DNA of 44,816 nucleotides from Clostridia bacterium (GTDB lineage: Bacteria; Bacillota; Clostridia; Oscillospirales; Acutalibacteraceae): the NCBI GenBank assembly GCA_017935165.1, contig JAGBID010000179.1:1-44816 (forward strand), written 5' to 3'. The notes beneath the pieces are model-generated. The model worked only from the letters and a program-made list of their open reading frames with translations, was not told the DNA's origin and searched no databases. Of the stretch, positions 15,946 through 25,622 are shown one piece after another (position 1 is the stretch's first letter; each line of letters begins with the position of its first letter). The translations under genes and the position numbers were made by a program.

Positions 15946-16719
15946 ATGAGTACTTTTAAATTTACATTTTTAGGCACAGGCGCGGCGGACTTCCCCTACC
16001 CTTTCCCTGAGCATAGCTTCGACAGCAAAGCGCGCCGCAGTACCTGTAACCTTTTAAACGGCAACACTCTTATTGATTTCGGTGTGCACGGACTTAAAAG
16101 TCTTGAAATACTTAATAAGGACTTTAATGAAATTGAGAATATTATTATTTCTCACATTCATTCCGACCATTTTAATATAGAAAACATCGGGAAAGTTGCC
16201 GCAAAAAAGGACAAGCCCTTAAACCTTTATGTAAGTAAAGGTGTTAAAACAAAATTTGAAATTCCCGAAAACGTTATTGTTACAGAAATGGAGTATTTTA
16301 AGGAATATAAAATTGGTGATTTGCTTGTAACGGGTGTACCTGCCAACCACGACCCCAATATTTTCCCCCAGCACCTTATAATTGAAAAGGACGGAAAGAA
16401 AATATTCTACGGACTGGACGGTGCCTGGCTTTTAAACGAAAGCTATTACTTTATGAAGGGCAAAAAGTTTGACCTTATGATTTTGGATGCCACCTGCGGC
16501 GATTATGCAGGCGACTTCAGAATGGCTGAGCACAACAGTATTCCTATGATAAGGCTTATGCTTGCATCCTTTAAAACGATGAATATTACCTGCGAAAAAA
16601 CAATGGTATTTCTTTCACATATTGCGCCCTCCCTTCATAAGTCAAACGAGGAGCTTTCAGTAACAGCAAAAGAAATGGGTTGTGAGCTTGCCTTTGACGG
16701 TATGACGGTTGAGATTTGA
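15946..16719 (+). CDS. MBL-fold metallo-hydrolase
   Basis: HxHxDH motif ISHIHSDHF. 257 aa. RBS aggagg. Confidence 0.7.
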   Translation: MSTFKFTFLGTGAADFPYPFPEHSFDSKARRSTCNLLNGNTLIDFGVHGLKSLEILNKDFNEIENIIISHIHSDHFNIENIGKVAAKKDKPLNLYVSKGVKTKFEIPENVIVTEMEYFKEYKIGDLLVTGVPANHDPNIFPQHLIIEKDGKKIFYGLDGAWLLNESYYFMKGKKFDLMILDATCGDYAGDFRMAEHNSIPMIRLMLASFKTMNITCEKTMVFLSHIAPSLHKSNEELSVTAKEMGCELAFDGMTVEI

Positions 16720-16734
16720 AAGAGGTAAATTGGT

Positions 16735-17505
16735 ATGAATGAATTGGTATTGAAATTCGAAGAGATAATAAGAAAAGCAGGCGACATTGTTTTAAACGCT
16801 GACGAAAGCAAAATGGAAATCGACAGTAAGGCAGGCATAGGTAACTTTGTAACCTACTACGATACAAAGGTTCAGGAATTTTTAAAAACCGAGCTTTTAA
16901 AGGTTCTTCCCGAAGCTAACTTCGTTGGTGAAGAAGAGGAGCTTCACAGCGAGATAAAGGAAAAGGGCTACACCTTTATAGTTGACCCTATTGACGGCAC
17001 CGCTAACTTTACAAAGCATTTTCAGACAAGTGCTGTTTCCATAGCTCTTTTAAAGGATGCCGAGCCCTATATTGGTGTTTGCTTTAACCCCTACAAGAAT
17101 GAGCTTTTTAAGGCGGAAAAAGGAAAAGGCGCTTACTTAAACGGCGAAAAAATCCACGTTTCCGAAAAAATGATGAAGGATGCCCTTGTTATGTCAGGCA
17201 GTGCACCTTATTACCCTGAGCTTCGCGAAAAATCCCTTCAGGCTTTTTCCTGCTTCTTTAAGGCTTGTGCCGATTACCGCCGTTTCGGTGCGGCTGTTTT
17301 GGACCTTTGCTATGTAGCCGCAGGTAAGGCCGAGCTTTTCTACGAGGTTATATTACAGCCCTGGGACTACGCCGCAGGCATGCTTGTGGTTACCGAGGCG
17401 GGCGGCAAGGTAACGGATATGGAAGGAAATAAAATCCGTTTCGATAAACCTTGCTCAATTTTGGCAAGTAACAATAAAGAGGATTATTTAAAATATTTAG
17501 AATGA
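16735..17505 (+). CDS. Inositol monophosphatase-family protein (SuhB-like)
   Basis: EE..... VDPIDGTANF and the WDYAAG motif are characteristic of the IMPase family. Confidence 0.85.
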   Translation: MNELVLKFEEIIRKAGDIVLNADESKMEIDSKAGIGNFVTYYDTKVQEFLKTELLKVLPEANFVGEEEELHSEIKEKGYTFIVDPIDGTANFTKHFQTSAVSIALLKDAEPYIGVCFNPYKNELFKAEKGKGAYLNGEKIHVSEKMMKDALVMSGSAPYYPELREKSLQAFSCFFKACADYRRFGAAVLDLCYVAAGKAELFYEVILQPWDYAAGMLVVTEAGGKVTDMEGNKIRFDKPCSILASNNKEDYLKYLE

Positions 17506-17520
17506 TTTGAGGTATTAATA

Positions 17521-18891
17521 ATGGAAAGAGAACGCTTAGGAAGCCGCTTAGGCTTCATACTTTTAAGTGCGGGTTGTGCAATAGGCCTTGGCAACGTGTG
17601 GATGTTCCCTTACAGAGCAGGAGCCAACGGCGGTGCGGTATTCGTACTTTTCTACTTACTTTTCCTTGTAATTATGGGTATACCCGTTATGACAATGGAA
17701 TTTGCTTTAGGCCGTGCAAGCCAGAAAAGTCCCGCAAGGCTTTACCACACCCTTGAACCCAAGGGAAGCAAGTGGCACCTTCACAGCTACGCCGCCCTTG
17801 CAGGCAACTACCTTTTAATGATGTTCTACACCTCTGTATCAGGCTGGCTTTTAAAATACTGTGTGGCTACAGCGGCAGGCGACTTTGAAGGTCTTGACAA
17901 AACAGGCATTGAAAATTATTTTGCATCAATTAAAGCAGACCCCTTACTTATGATATTTCTGGTGCTCTTTGTTGTTGTTTTAGGTTTCTTTGTTTGCTCC
18001 TTCAGCTTACAGAAAGGCATTGAAAGAATTACAAAATATATGATGAGCGCCCTGCTTGTCATTATGATAATTTTAGCAATAAACAGCTGTTTCCTTGAGG
18101 GCGGCAGTGAAGGCTTAAAATTCTACCTTGTTCCCGATTTCGAGAAGGTTCAGAAAGTCGGTCTTTTAAACATTATAGTTGCCGCTATGAATCAGAGCTT
18201 TTTCACTTTAAGCCTCGGTATAGGTTCCATGGCAATTTTCGGCAGTTACATTGGCAAGGAAAGAGCTTTGATGGGCGAATCCGTAAGAGTTGCCGTGCTT
18301 GACACCTTCGTAGCTATTACAAGCGGTCTTATTATTTTCCCTGCCTGCTTTGCATACGACGTTGACGTTAACGCAGGCCCTGACCTTATTTTTATCACAC
18401 TTCCCCACGTATTCAACAACTTACCCCTTGGAAGAGTATGGGGCACCTTCTTCTTTAGCTTCCTTATTTTTGCCGCATTCTCCACAGTACTTGCTATTTT
18501 CGAAAATCTTATCTCCTGCACTAAGGATTTATTCGGCTGGAGCCGTAAAAAAGCAAGCCTTATCAACTGCATTTTAATGTTCGTGCTTGCCCTCCCCTGC
18601 GCTTTAGGCACAAATCTTTTAAGCTTTGTTAAGCCATTCGGCGGCAGCTCCACCATAATGGACTTCGAGGATTTCCTTGTTTCCAACTTACTTTTACCCA
18701 TCGGCTCACTTGTATTCGTTGTTTTCTGTTCCCATAAATTCGGCTGGGGCTGGAAAAACTTTATAAAGGAAGCTAACACAGGTAAAGGCTTGAAATTCCC
18801 TGAGAAAATAAGACCTTACATCGCTTACGTTTTACCCGTAATTATTTTCGCACTTTTCCTTTTAGGTCTATACAGCTTCTTTGTTAAATAA
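17521..18891 (+). CDS. Sodium-dependent neurotransmitter:sodium symporter (NSS/SNF) family transporter
   Basis: N-terminal GFILLSAGCAIGLGNVWMFPY motif and about 11-12 TM helices. Confidence 0.85.
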   Translation: MERERLGSRLGFILLSAGCAIGLGNVWMFPYRAGANGGAVFVLFYLLFLVIMGIPVMTMEFALGRASQKSPARLYHTLEPKGSKWHLHSYAALAGNYLLMMFYTSVSGWLLKYCVATAAGDFEGLDKTGIENYFASIKADPLLMIFLVLFVVVLGFFVCSFSLQKGIERITKYMMSALLVIMIILAINSCFLEGGSEGLKFYLVPDFEKVQKVGLLNIIVAAMNQSFFTLSLGIGSMAIFGSYIGKERALMGESVRVAVLDTFVAITSGLIIFPACFAYDVDVNAGPDLIFITLPHVFNNLPLGRVWGTFFFSFLIFAAFSTVLAIFENLISCTKDLFGWSRKKASLINCILMFVLALPCALGTNLLSFVKPFGGSSTIMDFEDFLVSNLLLPIGSLVFVVFCSHKFGWGWKNFIKEANTGKGLKFPEKIRPYIAYVLPVIIFALFLLGLYSFFVK

Positions 18892-18897
18892 AAAAAC

Positions 18898-18933
18898 ATA
18901 CCGCAAAGTACTCAGTACTCTGCGGTATTTTTA
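18898..18933. terminator. Bidirectional terminator between the NSS transporter (+) and the SDR gene (-)
   Basis: 14-bp stem ataccgcaaagtac / gtactctgcggtat with one mismatch and loop tca. A-tract upstream and TTTTT downstream. Confidence 0.7.
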
Positions 18934-18999
18934 CGTCATTTTGCAATCTGATTATATCATTTTATCACTATCTGGATATAGTATTATAATCAGAAATCC

Positions 19000-19779
19000 T
19001 TATAATTTAGAAAGTGAAATTGCAAGGTCGTTAGGGAGAATTTTGGAAAGGAATCTGTAAAGCTTATAATAGAATTTTCCTATATACATTCTCTTGCCCT
19101 TCATCATTGCTTTCATAGATTTTTCCGCTATCTTCGAAGGATTATCCCTTGGAAGTGAGAAGAATTTTTTGGAGGAGCCTTCCTTGATGTTTCCTGCATT
19201 GAAGAAGTTTGTTTCCATAGGACCGGGGCAAACGGCTGTTACGGTAATGCCCTTTTCCTCAAGCTCCTCGGCAATTGCCATTGAAAAGGAAGAAACGTAG
19301 GCTTTGGTAGCACAGTAAACGCTCATATTTGCAGTAGGTGCAAATGAACCTATGGAGGAAACGTTTAAAATAAAGGAATCCTCACCCATATAGGGAAGGC
19401 AGACCTTAGTCATCATAGTTAAGCCTAAAGCATTAAGCTTAACTGTGTCCGCAGCCTCCTTTTCCGTAAGGTTTTCGAAGGATTTTAAATTACCTGCTCC
19501 TGCATTATTTATAAGCAGCCTTATATCAGGCTTATGCATTTCGAAAATCTTACCAAGCTTTTCGTAGCTTTCCTCCTTACTTAAATCAAGGTAAACTGCG
19601 ATAACCCTTTTCTTCTCGTTATCTATACTTTGAGCAAGAGCGTCAAGCTTCTCCTTGCTTCTTGAAATTATCCAGATTTCATCAATGTCCTCAAAATTAT
19701 TGGCGGCAAGGTTAAAGTATTCTTTACCTAAGCCTGAGGATGCTCCCGTTATAACAGCAGATGCCACAACAATCACCAA
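19000..19779 (-). CDS. SDR-family oxidoreductase
   Basis: TGASSGLG cofactor motif, NNAG, and catalytic YCATK. The start is a non-ATG codon (TTG at 19779 or GTG at 19776), so the exact N-terminus is uncertain. Confidence 0.8.
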   Translation of the reverse strand: MVIVVASAVITGASSGLGKEYFNLAANNFEDIDEIWIISRSKEKLDALAQSIDNEKKRVIAVYLDLSKEESYEKLGKIFEMHKPDIRLLINNAGAGNLKSFENLTEKEAADTVKLNALGLTMMTKVCLPYMGEDSFILNVSSIGSFAPTANMSVYCATKAYVSSFSMAIAEELEEKGITVTAVCPGPMETNFFNAGNIKEGSSKKFFSLPRDNPSKIAEKSMKAMMKGKRMYIGKFYYKLYRFLSKILPNDLAISLSKL

Positions 19780-19894
19780 GACTTAAAGCTTTTAAGTCAT
19801 TCCTTTAAAATTATATAATTTATGGTATAATTATAAGGTATGCACTTTAAATAGTCAATTTAAACTTAAACATAAAAGGAAGGAAATCAGGAAT

Positions 19895-21067
19895 ATGAAT
19901 TATAATGAAAAAGCCATAGAAATGCACGAAAAATGGCAGGGTAAAATAAGAGTGGAAACAGCCTGTCCTCTTGATTCAAGGGACGACCTTTCCACAGCCT
20001 ACACACCGGGTGTAGCCGCACCCTGCCTTGAAATAGCCAAGGATGCTTCCCTCTCCTACAAATACACAAGGCGCGGCAACTTGGTAGCCGTTGTGACCGA
20101 CGGCACAGCGGTCTTAGGCCTTGGTGATATAGGTCCCGAGGCAGGTATGCCTGTTATGGAGGGTAAATGCGCCCTCTTTAAGGCATTCGGAGACGTAGAT
20201 GCTTTCCCCATCTGTATAAGAAGCAAAAACGTTGACGAGATAGTAAAAACCGTTGAGATGATTGCAGGCTCCTTCGGCGGTATTAATTTAGAGGATATCT
20301 CTGCTCCCAGATGCTTTGAGGTGGAAGAGAGACTAAAGAAAAGCCTTGATATCCCTGTTTTTCACGATGATCAGCACGGCACCGCAATTGTCGCCCTTGC
20401 ATCCATGATAAACGCTTTGAAGGTAGTTAAAAAGGATATAAAAACAGTTAAGGCGGTTGTAAACGGTGCAGGTGCAGCAGGTATAGCAGTTACAAAGCTT
20501 TTAATGAGCTATGGCCTTAAAAATGTAATTATCTGCGATAAGAACGGCCCTATTTATGAGGGTATGGAGAATATGACATGGGCTCAGGCTGAGCTTGCAA
20601 AAACAACCAATCCCGAGAAAATAAAGGGCACACTTATGGACGCCATAAAGGGTGCGGACGTTTTCTTCGGTTTCTCTGCTCCCAATTGCCTAAAGCCCGA
20701 AATGGTAGAAGCTATGGCAGAAAAAGCCTGTGTGTTTGCCTGTGCAAACCCCACACCCGAAATTTTCCCCGAGGAAGCTAAAAAAGCAGGCGCTTACGTT
20801 GTGGGCACAGGCCGTTCCGATTACCCCAACCAGATAAACAACGTCCTTGTATTCCCCGGACTTTTCCGCGGTGCTTTGGACGTAAGGGCAAGGGAAATCA
20901 ATGATACTATGAAAATTGCAGCGGCGGAAGCAATTGCAGCTTATGTTCCCGAAAGTGAGCTTAGTGTGGATAACATTATCCCCTCCGCGCTTGATAAAGC
21001 AGTTTCAATGGCTGTTGCAAAGGCAGTAGCCGAGGCTGCAGTAAAAACAGGTGTAAACCGCATATAA
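19895..21067 (+). CDS. NAD(P)-dependent malic enzyme (short bacterial form)
   Basis: LSTAYTPGVA, VVTDGTAVLGLGDIG, GINLEDISAPRCFE, FHDDQHGTA and VNGAGAAG motifs. 390 aa. Confidence 0.9.
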   Translation: MNYNEKAIEMHEKWQGKIRVETACPLDSRDDLSTAYTPGVAAPCLEIAKDASLSYKYTRRGNLVAVVTDGTAVLGLGDIGPEAGMPVMEGKCALFKAFGDVDAFPICIRSKNVDEIVKTVEMIAGSFGGINLEDISAPRCFEVEERLKKSLDIPVFHDDQHGTAIVALASMINALKVVKKDIKTVKAVVNGAGAAGIAVTKLLMSYGLKNVIICDKNGPIYEGMENMTWAQAELAKTTNPEKIKGTLMDAIKGADVFFGFSAPNCLKPEMVEAMAEKACVFACANPTPEIFPEEAKKAGAYVVGTGRSDYPNQINNVLVFPGLFRGALDVRAREINDTMKIAAAEAIAAYVPESELSVDNIIPSALDKAVSMAVAKAVAEAAVKTGVNRI

Positions 21068-21083
21068 AGGAAGAAGGTATTTT

Positions 21084-21641
21084 ATGGAAAAGAAAAACAC
21101 AATTTACAAAATTGCCACCACAAGCATTTTTGCCGCTTTGGTATTTGTTTCAAATATGATAAGCGTGCCCATCCCCGTAGCAATCGGCGACGTATCCCGA
21201 ATTCATTTCGGCAACATTTTCTGCCTTTTATCCGGCCTTGTTTTAGGCGGACTTCAGGGCGGTTTGGCAGCAGGTATCGGTTCGTTTTTATACGATTTAA
21301 CAATCCCTGCCTACATAGCATCCTCACCCTTTACCTTTGTATTTAAGTTTCTGCTTGCTTTCACAGCAGGTGCACTTTCCCGCATTGGTGACAAAAACGG
21401 TGAAAAATTCTTATGGAACCTGCTTTCCTGCACCTTAGGTCAGGTAGTTTACATTGTTCTTTACTTATCAAAAAGCTTTTTCCAGGGACTTCTGGAAGGC
21501 AGTGCTCCCATGGCGCTTATCCCCTCAATAGTCACAAAGCTTACAACCTCCTCAATAAACGCTGTGATCGCTATAATAATTTCCATTCCCTTAAGCATAA
21601 TTATTCGTAAAGCGCTTGTTAAAAGTAAGCTTTTGGGTTAA
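21084..21641 (+). CDS. Small polytopic membrane protein, likely an ECF-transporter S component
   Basis: 185 aa with five to six TM helices. The N-terminal pattern KIATTSIFAALVFVSNMISVPIP is typical of S components. Substrate is unknown. Confidence 0.5.
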   Translation: MEKKNTIYKIATTSIFAALVFVSNMISVPIPVAIGDVSRIHFGNIFCLLSGLVLGGLQGGLAAGIGSFLYDLTIPAYIASSPFTFVFKFLLAFTAGALSRIGDKNGEKFLWNLLSCTLGQVVYIVLYLSKSFFQGLLEGSAPMALIPSIVTKLTTSSINAVIAIIISIPLSIIIRKALVKSKLLG

Positions 21642-21774
21642 CTGTTTTAGTCATAAATTGTTAATTGTTTCTTCAAATATTTCATATAATTTTATCACAT
21701 TGATGTCACAATTAAAGGGCATACTTTTATCAATGAAAAAGTAAAAACTTTTAATATAAGAAAGGTTGAAAGTT

Positions 21775-23277
21775 ATGTTTAGCCCAAACGAAAATCCTAA
21801 CTTAAATAACAATACACCTGTTGACCCTCAGGAAAACGAAAACACAAACGCTAATTCTAACGACAATAGCGAAAGAGAAAGGGTTTACACCACACCCGAC
21901 GGCTACTACCACTACTATAAGCCACAGCAGAATGTAAACTACACTTCTCAGAATCCGTACGGAAATAATCAACACCAGAATAATTCCTACTCAAACAATC
22001 CTTACCAGAATCAGGGTTATCCTGCACCTTACGGCAGTAACCCTTACTACCCACCCTACAACGAAGCTCCCAAAAAGGAGAAAAAAAGCGAGGATAACAA
22101 GAGCAAGAAAATTTTAATATTTGCCCTTTCAATGGTTCTTTCCTGCCTGATTGCTTTCGGTGCTTCCTTTGGCGCTATAACACATATGATATCCACAGGT
22201 GCAATTCAGGTTGAAAGCACTGAGGATAACGACAAAGAGGCGGTTTTCACCATTACAAAGGTGGAAAAGGAAGCTGAAAATAACGAGAATGATGCTCCTC
22301 CCGTCGGTTCAATTTCCAAGCTTACAAATCAGGAAATTGCAAAAAAGCTTATTCCTTCGGTTGTATGCATCCAGAACTACCAGATAGTTGAATATTATAA
22401 TTTCTTTGGCGGCACAACACAGAAGAGTGACGAGGTTTCACCTGCAGGTGAAGGTAGCGGCATTATCTTCAGCAGTGACGGCTACATTATCACTAACGCT
22501 CACGTTGTTAGCGGTGCCGACAATTTAAAGGTAATAACCTCTGACGGTGCTACCTATGAAGCTGCATTAATCGGCAGCGATGAAATTACGGATATTGCAG
22601 TTATTAAAATTGAGGCTGAAAACCTCCCTGCTGCTGAATTCGGCAAGGCTGAGGATTTAAACGTAGCGGACATAGTTTTGGCAATCGGTAACCCCGGCGG
22701 TATGACCTTTAATTCCAGCGTAACAATCGGTTACGTTTCTGCCCTTAACCGTGAAATTGAAGTAGGTGACGGCGGCTACACAATGAAGTGCATCCAGACA
22801 GACGCTGCTATCAACCCCGGTAACTCAGGCGGTGCACTTGTTAATGAATACGGCCTTGTTGTTGGTGTTAACAGCGCAAAGTTTGTAGCAGACGGTTTTG
22901 AAGGCTTAGGCTTTGCAATTCCCAGCGAAACAGTTCTTGACGTTGCAAGCGACCTTATCAACCACGGCTACGTAAAGGACAGAGCAATATTGGGTATTCA
23001 GGGCCAGTTTATTGACAGCGTATCCTCCAGATTCTACGGTCTTTCCGTTGGTATGTACGTTTACGATTTCATAAGCGATGAGGCAGCTAACTCCGGACTT
23101 GAAAAGTATGACGTTATCACAAGTATTGACGGCATCAAAATTACTTCAAGCAACACTATTACAAACTATTTAACACAGAAAAAGCCCGGTGACACAGTTA
23201 CACTTACTGTGGACAGAGCTTTGGAAAACAAAAAGGATATTACCGTTACGGTTGTTCTTTCCGAATATGAACAGTAA
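21775..23277 (+). CDS. HtrA/DegP-like trypsin-type serine protease with a PDZ domain, a membrane anchor and a Q/N/Y/P-rich N-terminal region
   Basis: Catalytic motifs TNAHVV, D(I)AVIK and GNSGGALV. C-terminal PDZ domain (DVITSIDGIKI). One TM helix (ILIFALSMVLSCLIAFGASFGAI). The ATG at 21775 is preferred over the TTG at 21766. Confidence 0.85.
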   Translation: MFSPNENPNLNNNTPVDPQENENTNANSNDNSERERVYTTPDGYYHYYKPQQNVNYTSQNPYGNNQHQNNSYSNNPYQNQGYPAPYGSNPYYPPYNEAPKKEKKSEDNKSKKILIFALSMVLSCLIAFGASFGAITHMISTGAIQVESTEDNDKEAVFTITKVEKEAENNENDAPPVGSISKLTNQEIAKKLIPSVVCIQNYQIVEYYNFFGGTTQKSDEVSPAGEGSGIIFSSDGYIITNAHVVSGADNLKVITSDGATYEAALIGSDEITDIAVIKIEAENLPAAEFGKAEDLNVADIVLAIGNPGGMTFNSSVTIGYVSALNREIEVGDGGYTMKCIQTDAAINPGNSGGALVNEYGLVVGVNSAKFVADGFEGLGFAIPSETVLDVASDLINHGYVKDRAILGIQGQFIDSVSSRFYGLSVGMYVYDFISDEAANSGLEKYDVITSIDGIKITSSNTITNYLTQKKPGDTVTLTVDRALENKKDITVTVVLSEYEQ

Positions 23278-23312
23278 ATTTTAGACACTCCACTCCTCCA
23301 TTTTTCTAAAAA

Positions 23313-23337
23313 AACGCTCAGTTTAAAGCTGAGCGTT
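23313..23337. terminator. Bidirectional terminator between htrA-like (+) and the ROK regulator (-)
   Basis: 9-bp stem aacgctcag / ctgagcgtt with A-tract and T-tract flanks. Confidence 0.65.
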
Positions 23338-23343
23338 AATTTT

Positions 23344-24537
23344 TTACCATTCTTCGGTTATTTTTATATTACCTGTAAAAACCTCTTCGGCAGCTGCTGC
23401 AGCCGCACCAATTATGGGAGCGTCACCTTTAAAGGCAGAGCTTATCACCTTTATTTTTCTGTACTTCCCTGCAAAAAGCGATGAGTTGATTTTTTCTTCC
23501 AGCATCTTTTCAATAAGCCCGTTTTCGCCGTGGTAGCTTAATACGATGTGATGCGTATCAATAAAATTGAGGGCGGAAACCAATGCCGCAGAAAGGTAAT
23601 TTAAGAAGTTATCCAAGGCAAATAAAGCAGCTTTATCACCTTCGTTTACCTTCTTTATTATTTCTTTAAGACTTGTGTTATCAAGCTTTTCCTCTGATAT
23701 GCTGTTATAATCCGCAGTCAGGTTCATTTCGTTAGCATAATTTTCAAGGCATCCTCTGCCGCCGCATGAGCATTTTTCTCCCTTATGGTCAATTGATATA
23801 TGTCCAAGCTCACCGCCAAGACCCATAGCACCGTCAAAAAGCTGCCCTTTAACTATAATTCCGCTGCCTATACCGTTGTGAAGATGGACTAAAAGGAAAC
23901 TATCCATACCTTTACCCTTGCCGTAAAGAAGCTCACCCTGCGCAGCGCAGGCGGTATCGTGAGCTAAAACGCAGGGAAGCTTAAGCTTATTTTCAAGTAT
24001 TTCCTTGATATTTAAGTTGTTTATCCCGAAAAAGTTTGAAGGTGATAAAATAATTCCCTTATTTCTGTCAAGAGGGCCGGGAGCGGATATGCCCACACAT
24101 AATATTTCACGGTCAATTTTACTTTTGACACAGGAAAAAAGCTCCGTGATAAATAAAACAAGATCCTCAGCACTGTTTATTTCCTTATATTCACGTCTTT
24201 CCTCGGAAATTTTATTGGCACAAAGGTCACAAAAAAGCACGCTGCAGCTTTTTCTTCCTACGTAAATTCCGCCTACGATTGGAGATTTTTCGCTTAAGGT
24301 TAAAGCGGTGGGACGTCTGCCCGCGCCTTTTGCGCCTTCCTCCACAGCTGTTTCTTTAATAAGGCAAGCGCCCATCAGGTCCTCTGCTATATTTGTAGCC
24401 GTCATCTTTGAAAGACTTGTTTTATTCATAATTTCACTTCTCTTAATTTTGCCTTCCGTACAGAGAAGCTTTAAAACCAAAAGGCGGTTTAAGTTTTTCA
24501 TATCCTTGGAGCTTTCGCCCTTTTTTATTCTTTTCAT
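23344..24537 (-). CDS. ROK-family transcriptional regulator (NagC/XylR-type)
   Basis: N-terminal wHTH (NLNRLLVLKLL....RSEI...SLSKMT). ROK glycine-rich motifs. Zinc motif GEKCSCGGRGCLE. The ATG at 24537 (gaaaagg RBS) is preferred. The upstream ATG at 24579 sits right after a TATAAT-like sequence. Confidence 0.85.
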   Translation of the reverse strand: MKRIKKGESSKDMKNLNRLLVLKLLCTEGKIKRSEIMNKTSLSKMTATNIAEDLMGACLIKETAVEEGAKGAGRRPTALTLSEKSPIVGGIYVGRKSCSVLFCDLCANKISEERREYKEINSAEDLVLFITELFSCVKSKIDREILCVGISAPGPLDRNKGIILSPSNFFGINNLNIKEILENKLKLPCVLAHDTACAAQGELLYGKGKGMDSFLLVHLHNGIGSGIIVKGQLFDGAMGLGGELGHISIDHKGEKCSCGGRGCLENYANEMNLTADYNSISEEKLDNTSLKEIIKKVNEGDKAALFALDNFLNYLSAALVSALNFIDTHHIVLSYHGENGLIEKMLEEKINSSLFAGKYRKIKVISSAFKGDAPIIGAAAAAAEEVFTGNIKITEEW

Positions 24538-24653
24538 AACTGTACCTTTTCCAAGAAATTTATTGCATTTTGTTTTCATTTATATTATAATATATACAAA
24601 GCAATTTGTAAAGTCATTTTACTAATTAAATATATTATTAAAAGGAGATTTGT

Positions 24654-25622
24654 ATGATAAGTTTCACACCCAATACCATTGATTTTACCAAAATCACAAC
24701 CTACACAGCTGCAAACCGCCACAATTTGGTACGTATTGATAATCTCCGCACGCCCGATAAGGATAAAGATAATCTCTTTACAAACGAGGAGTTTGAGATA
24801 CTTATTGAAAAATTAAAGGAAGCCAAAGAAAACGGTGAAGCTGTCACCTGTTTTATAGGCGCTCACGTAATTAAATGCGGTCTTTCCCGCTACCTTATAT
24901 GGCTTATGGAAAACGGCTACATCACCCACCTTGCCTCTAACGGCGCAGGCTCTATTCACGATTTCGAGCTTGCTTACTTAGGCGGCACCAGCGAGCACGT
25001 ACCTACAGCCATTGAGGACGGCTCCTTCGGTATGTGGGAGGAAACAGGCGCATGGATGAACGAGGCTATTAAGCTTGGTGCCAAAAAGAATTACGGCTAC
25101 GGCGAAAGCCTTGCCCATTACGTGGACAAAAACCCTGAAAAATTCCCCTACAAAGAGGATTGCGTTTTTTACAGAGCTTACAAAATGGGCGTACCTATGA
25201 CCTACCACGTAACAATGGGCACCGACATTATTCACCAGCACCCCGAGGTTGATTTCGAGGCATTGGGCAAAACCAGCGGTAAGGATTTTTCCTACTTCTG
25301 TTATTCTGTTATGCAGCTTAAGGATAAAGGCGTCCACTTAAATATCGGCTCAGCTGTAACAGGAGCAGAGGTCTTCCTGAAAGCTCTTTCAATTGCGAGA
25401 AACCAAGGCTACGGCTTAAAGCATATAACAACCGCCAACTTCGATATAATTCCTTTAGGCGACTATAAAACCGACGTGGGTAAGGATAAATACGAATATT
25501 ATTACCGCCCCAGAAAAAACATCATCAACCGCCCTGTTTCTATGGGTGGTACAGGTCTTTACATTTGCGGGAATCACGAGGAAACCATACCCTCTATTTA
25601 CTCAAGACTTTGTGAGGAATGA
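24654..25622 (+). CDS. Hypothetical protein with tentative resemblance to the deoxyhypusine-synthase-like fold. First gene of the ROK-adjacent sugar operon.
   Basis: GAHVIKCGLSRYLIWLMENGYITHLASNGAGSIHDFE resembles the DHS-family pattern (small residues, a G-rich loop, then an acidic residue). Good RBS aaggag. Coding is confident; the function is not. Confidence 0.35.
   Translation: MISFTPNTIDFTKITTYTAANRHNLVRIDNLRTPDKDKDNLFTNEEFEILIEKLKEAKENGEAVTCFIGAHVIKCGLSRYLIWLMENGYITHLASNGAGSIHDFELAYLGGTSEHVPTAIEDGSFGMWEETGAWMNEAIKLGAKKNYGYGESLAHYVDKNPEKFPYKEDCVFYRAYKMGVPMTYHVTMGTDIIHQHPEVDFEALGKTSGKDFSYFCYSVMQLKDKGVHLNIGSAVTGAEVFLKALSIARNQGYGLKHITTANFDIIPLGDYKTDVGKDKYEYYYRPRKNIINRPVSMGGTGLYICGNHEETIPSIYSRLCEE

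Noticed and set aside
19780-19810. Mini-ORF ATG-ACT-TAA preceded by aaagga, just upstream of the SDR gene
   Set aside because: It is only two codons long. It is probably a chance occurrence near a weakly defined non-ATG start, and there is no evidence for leader-peptide regulation.
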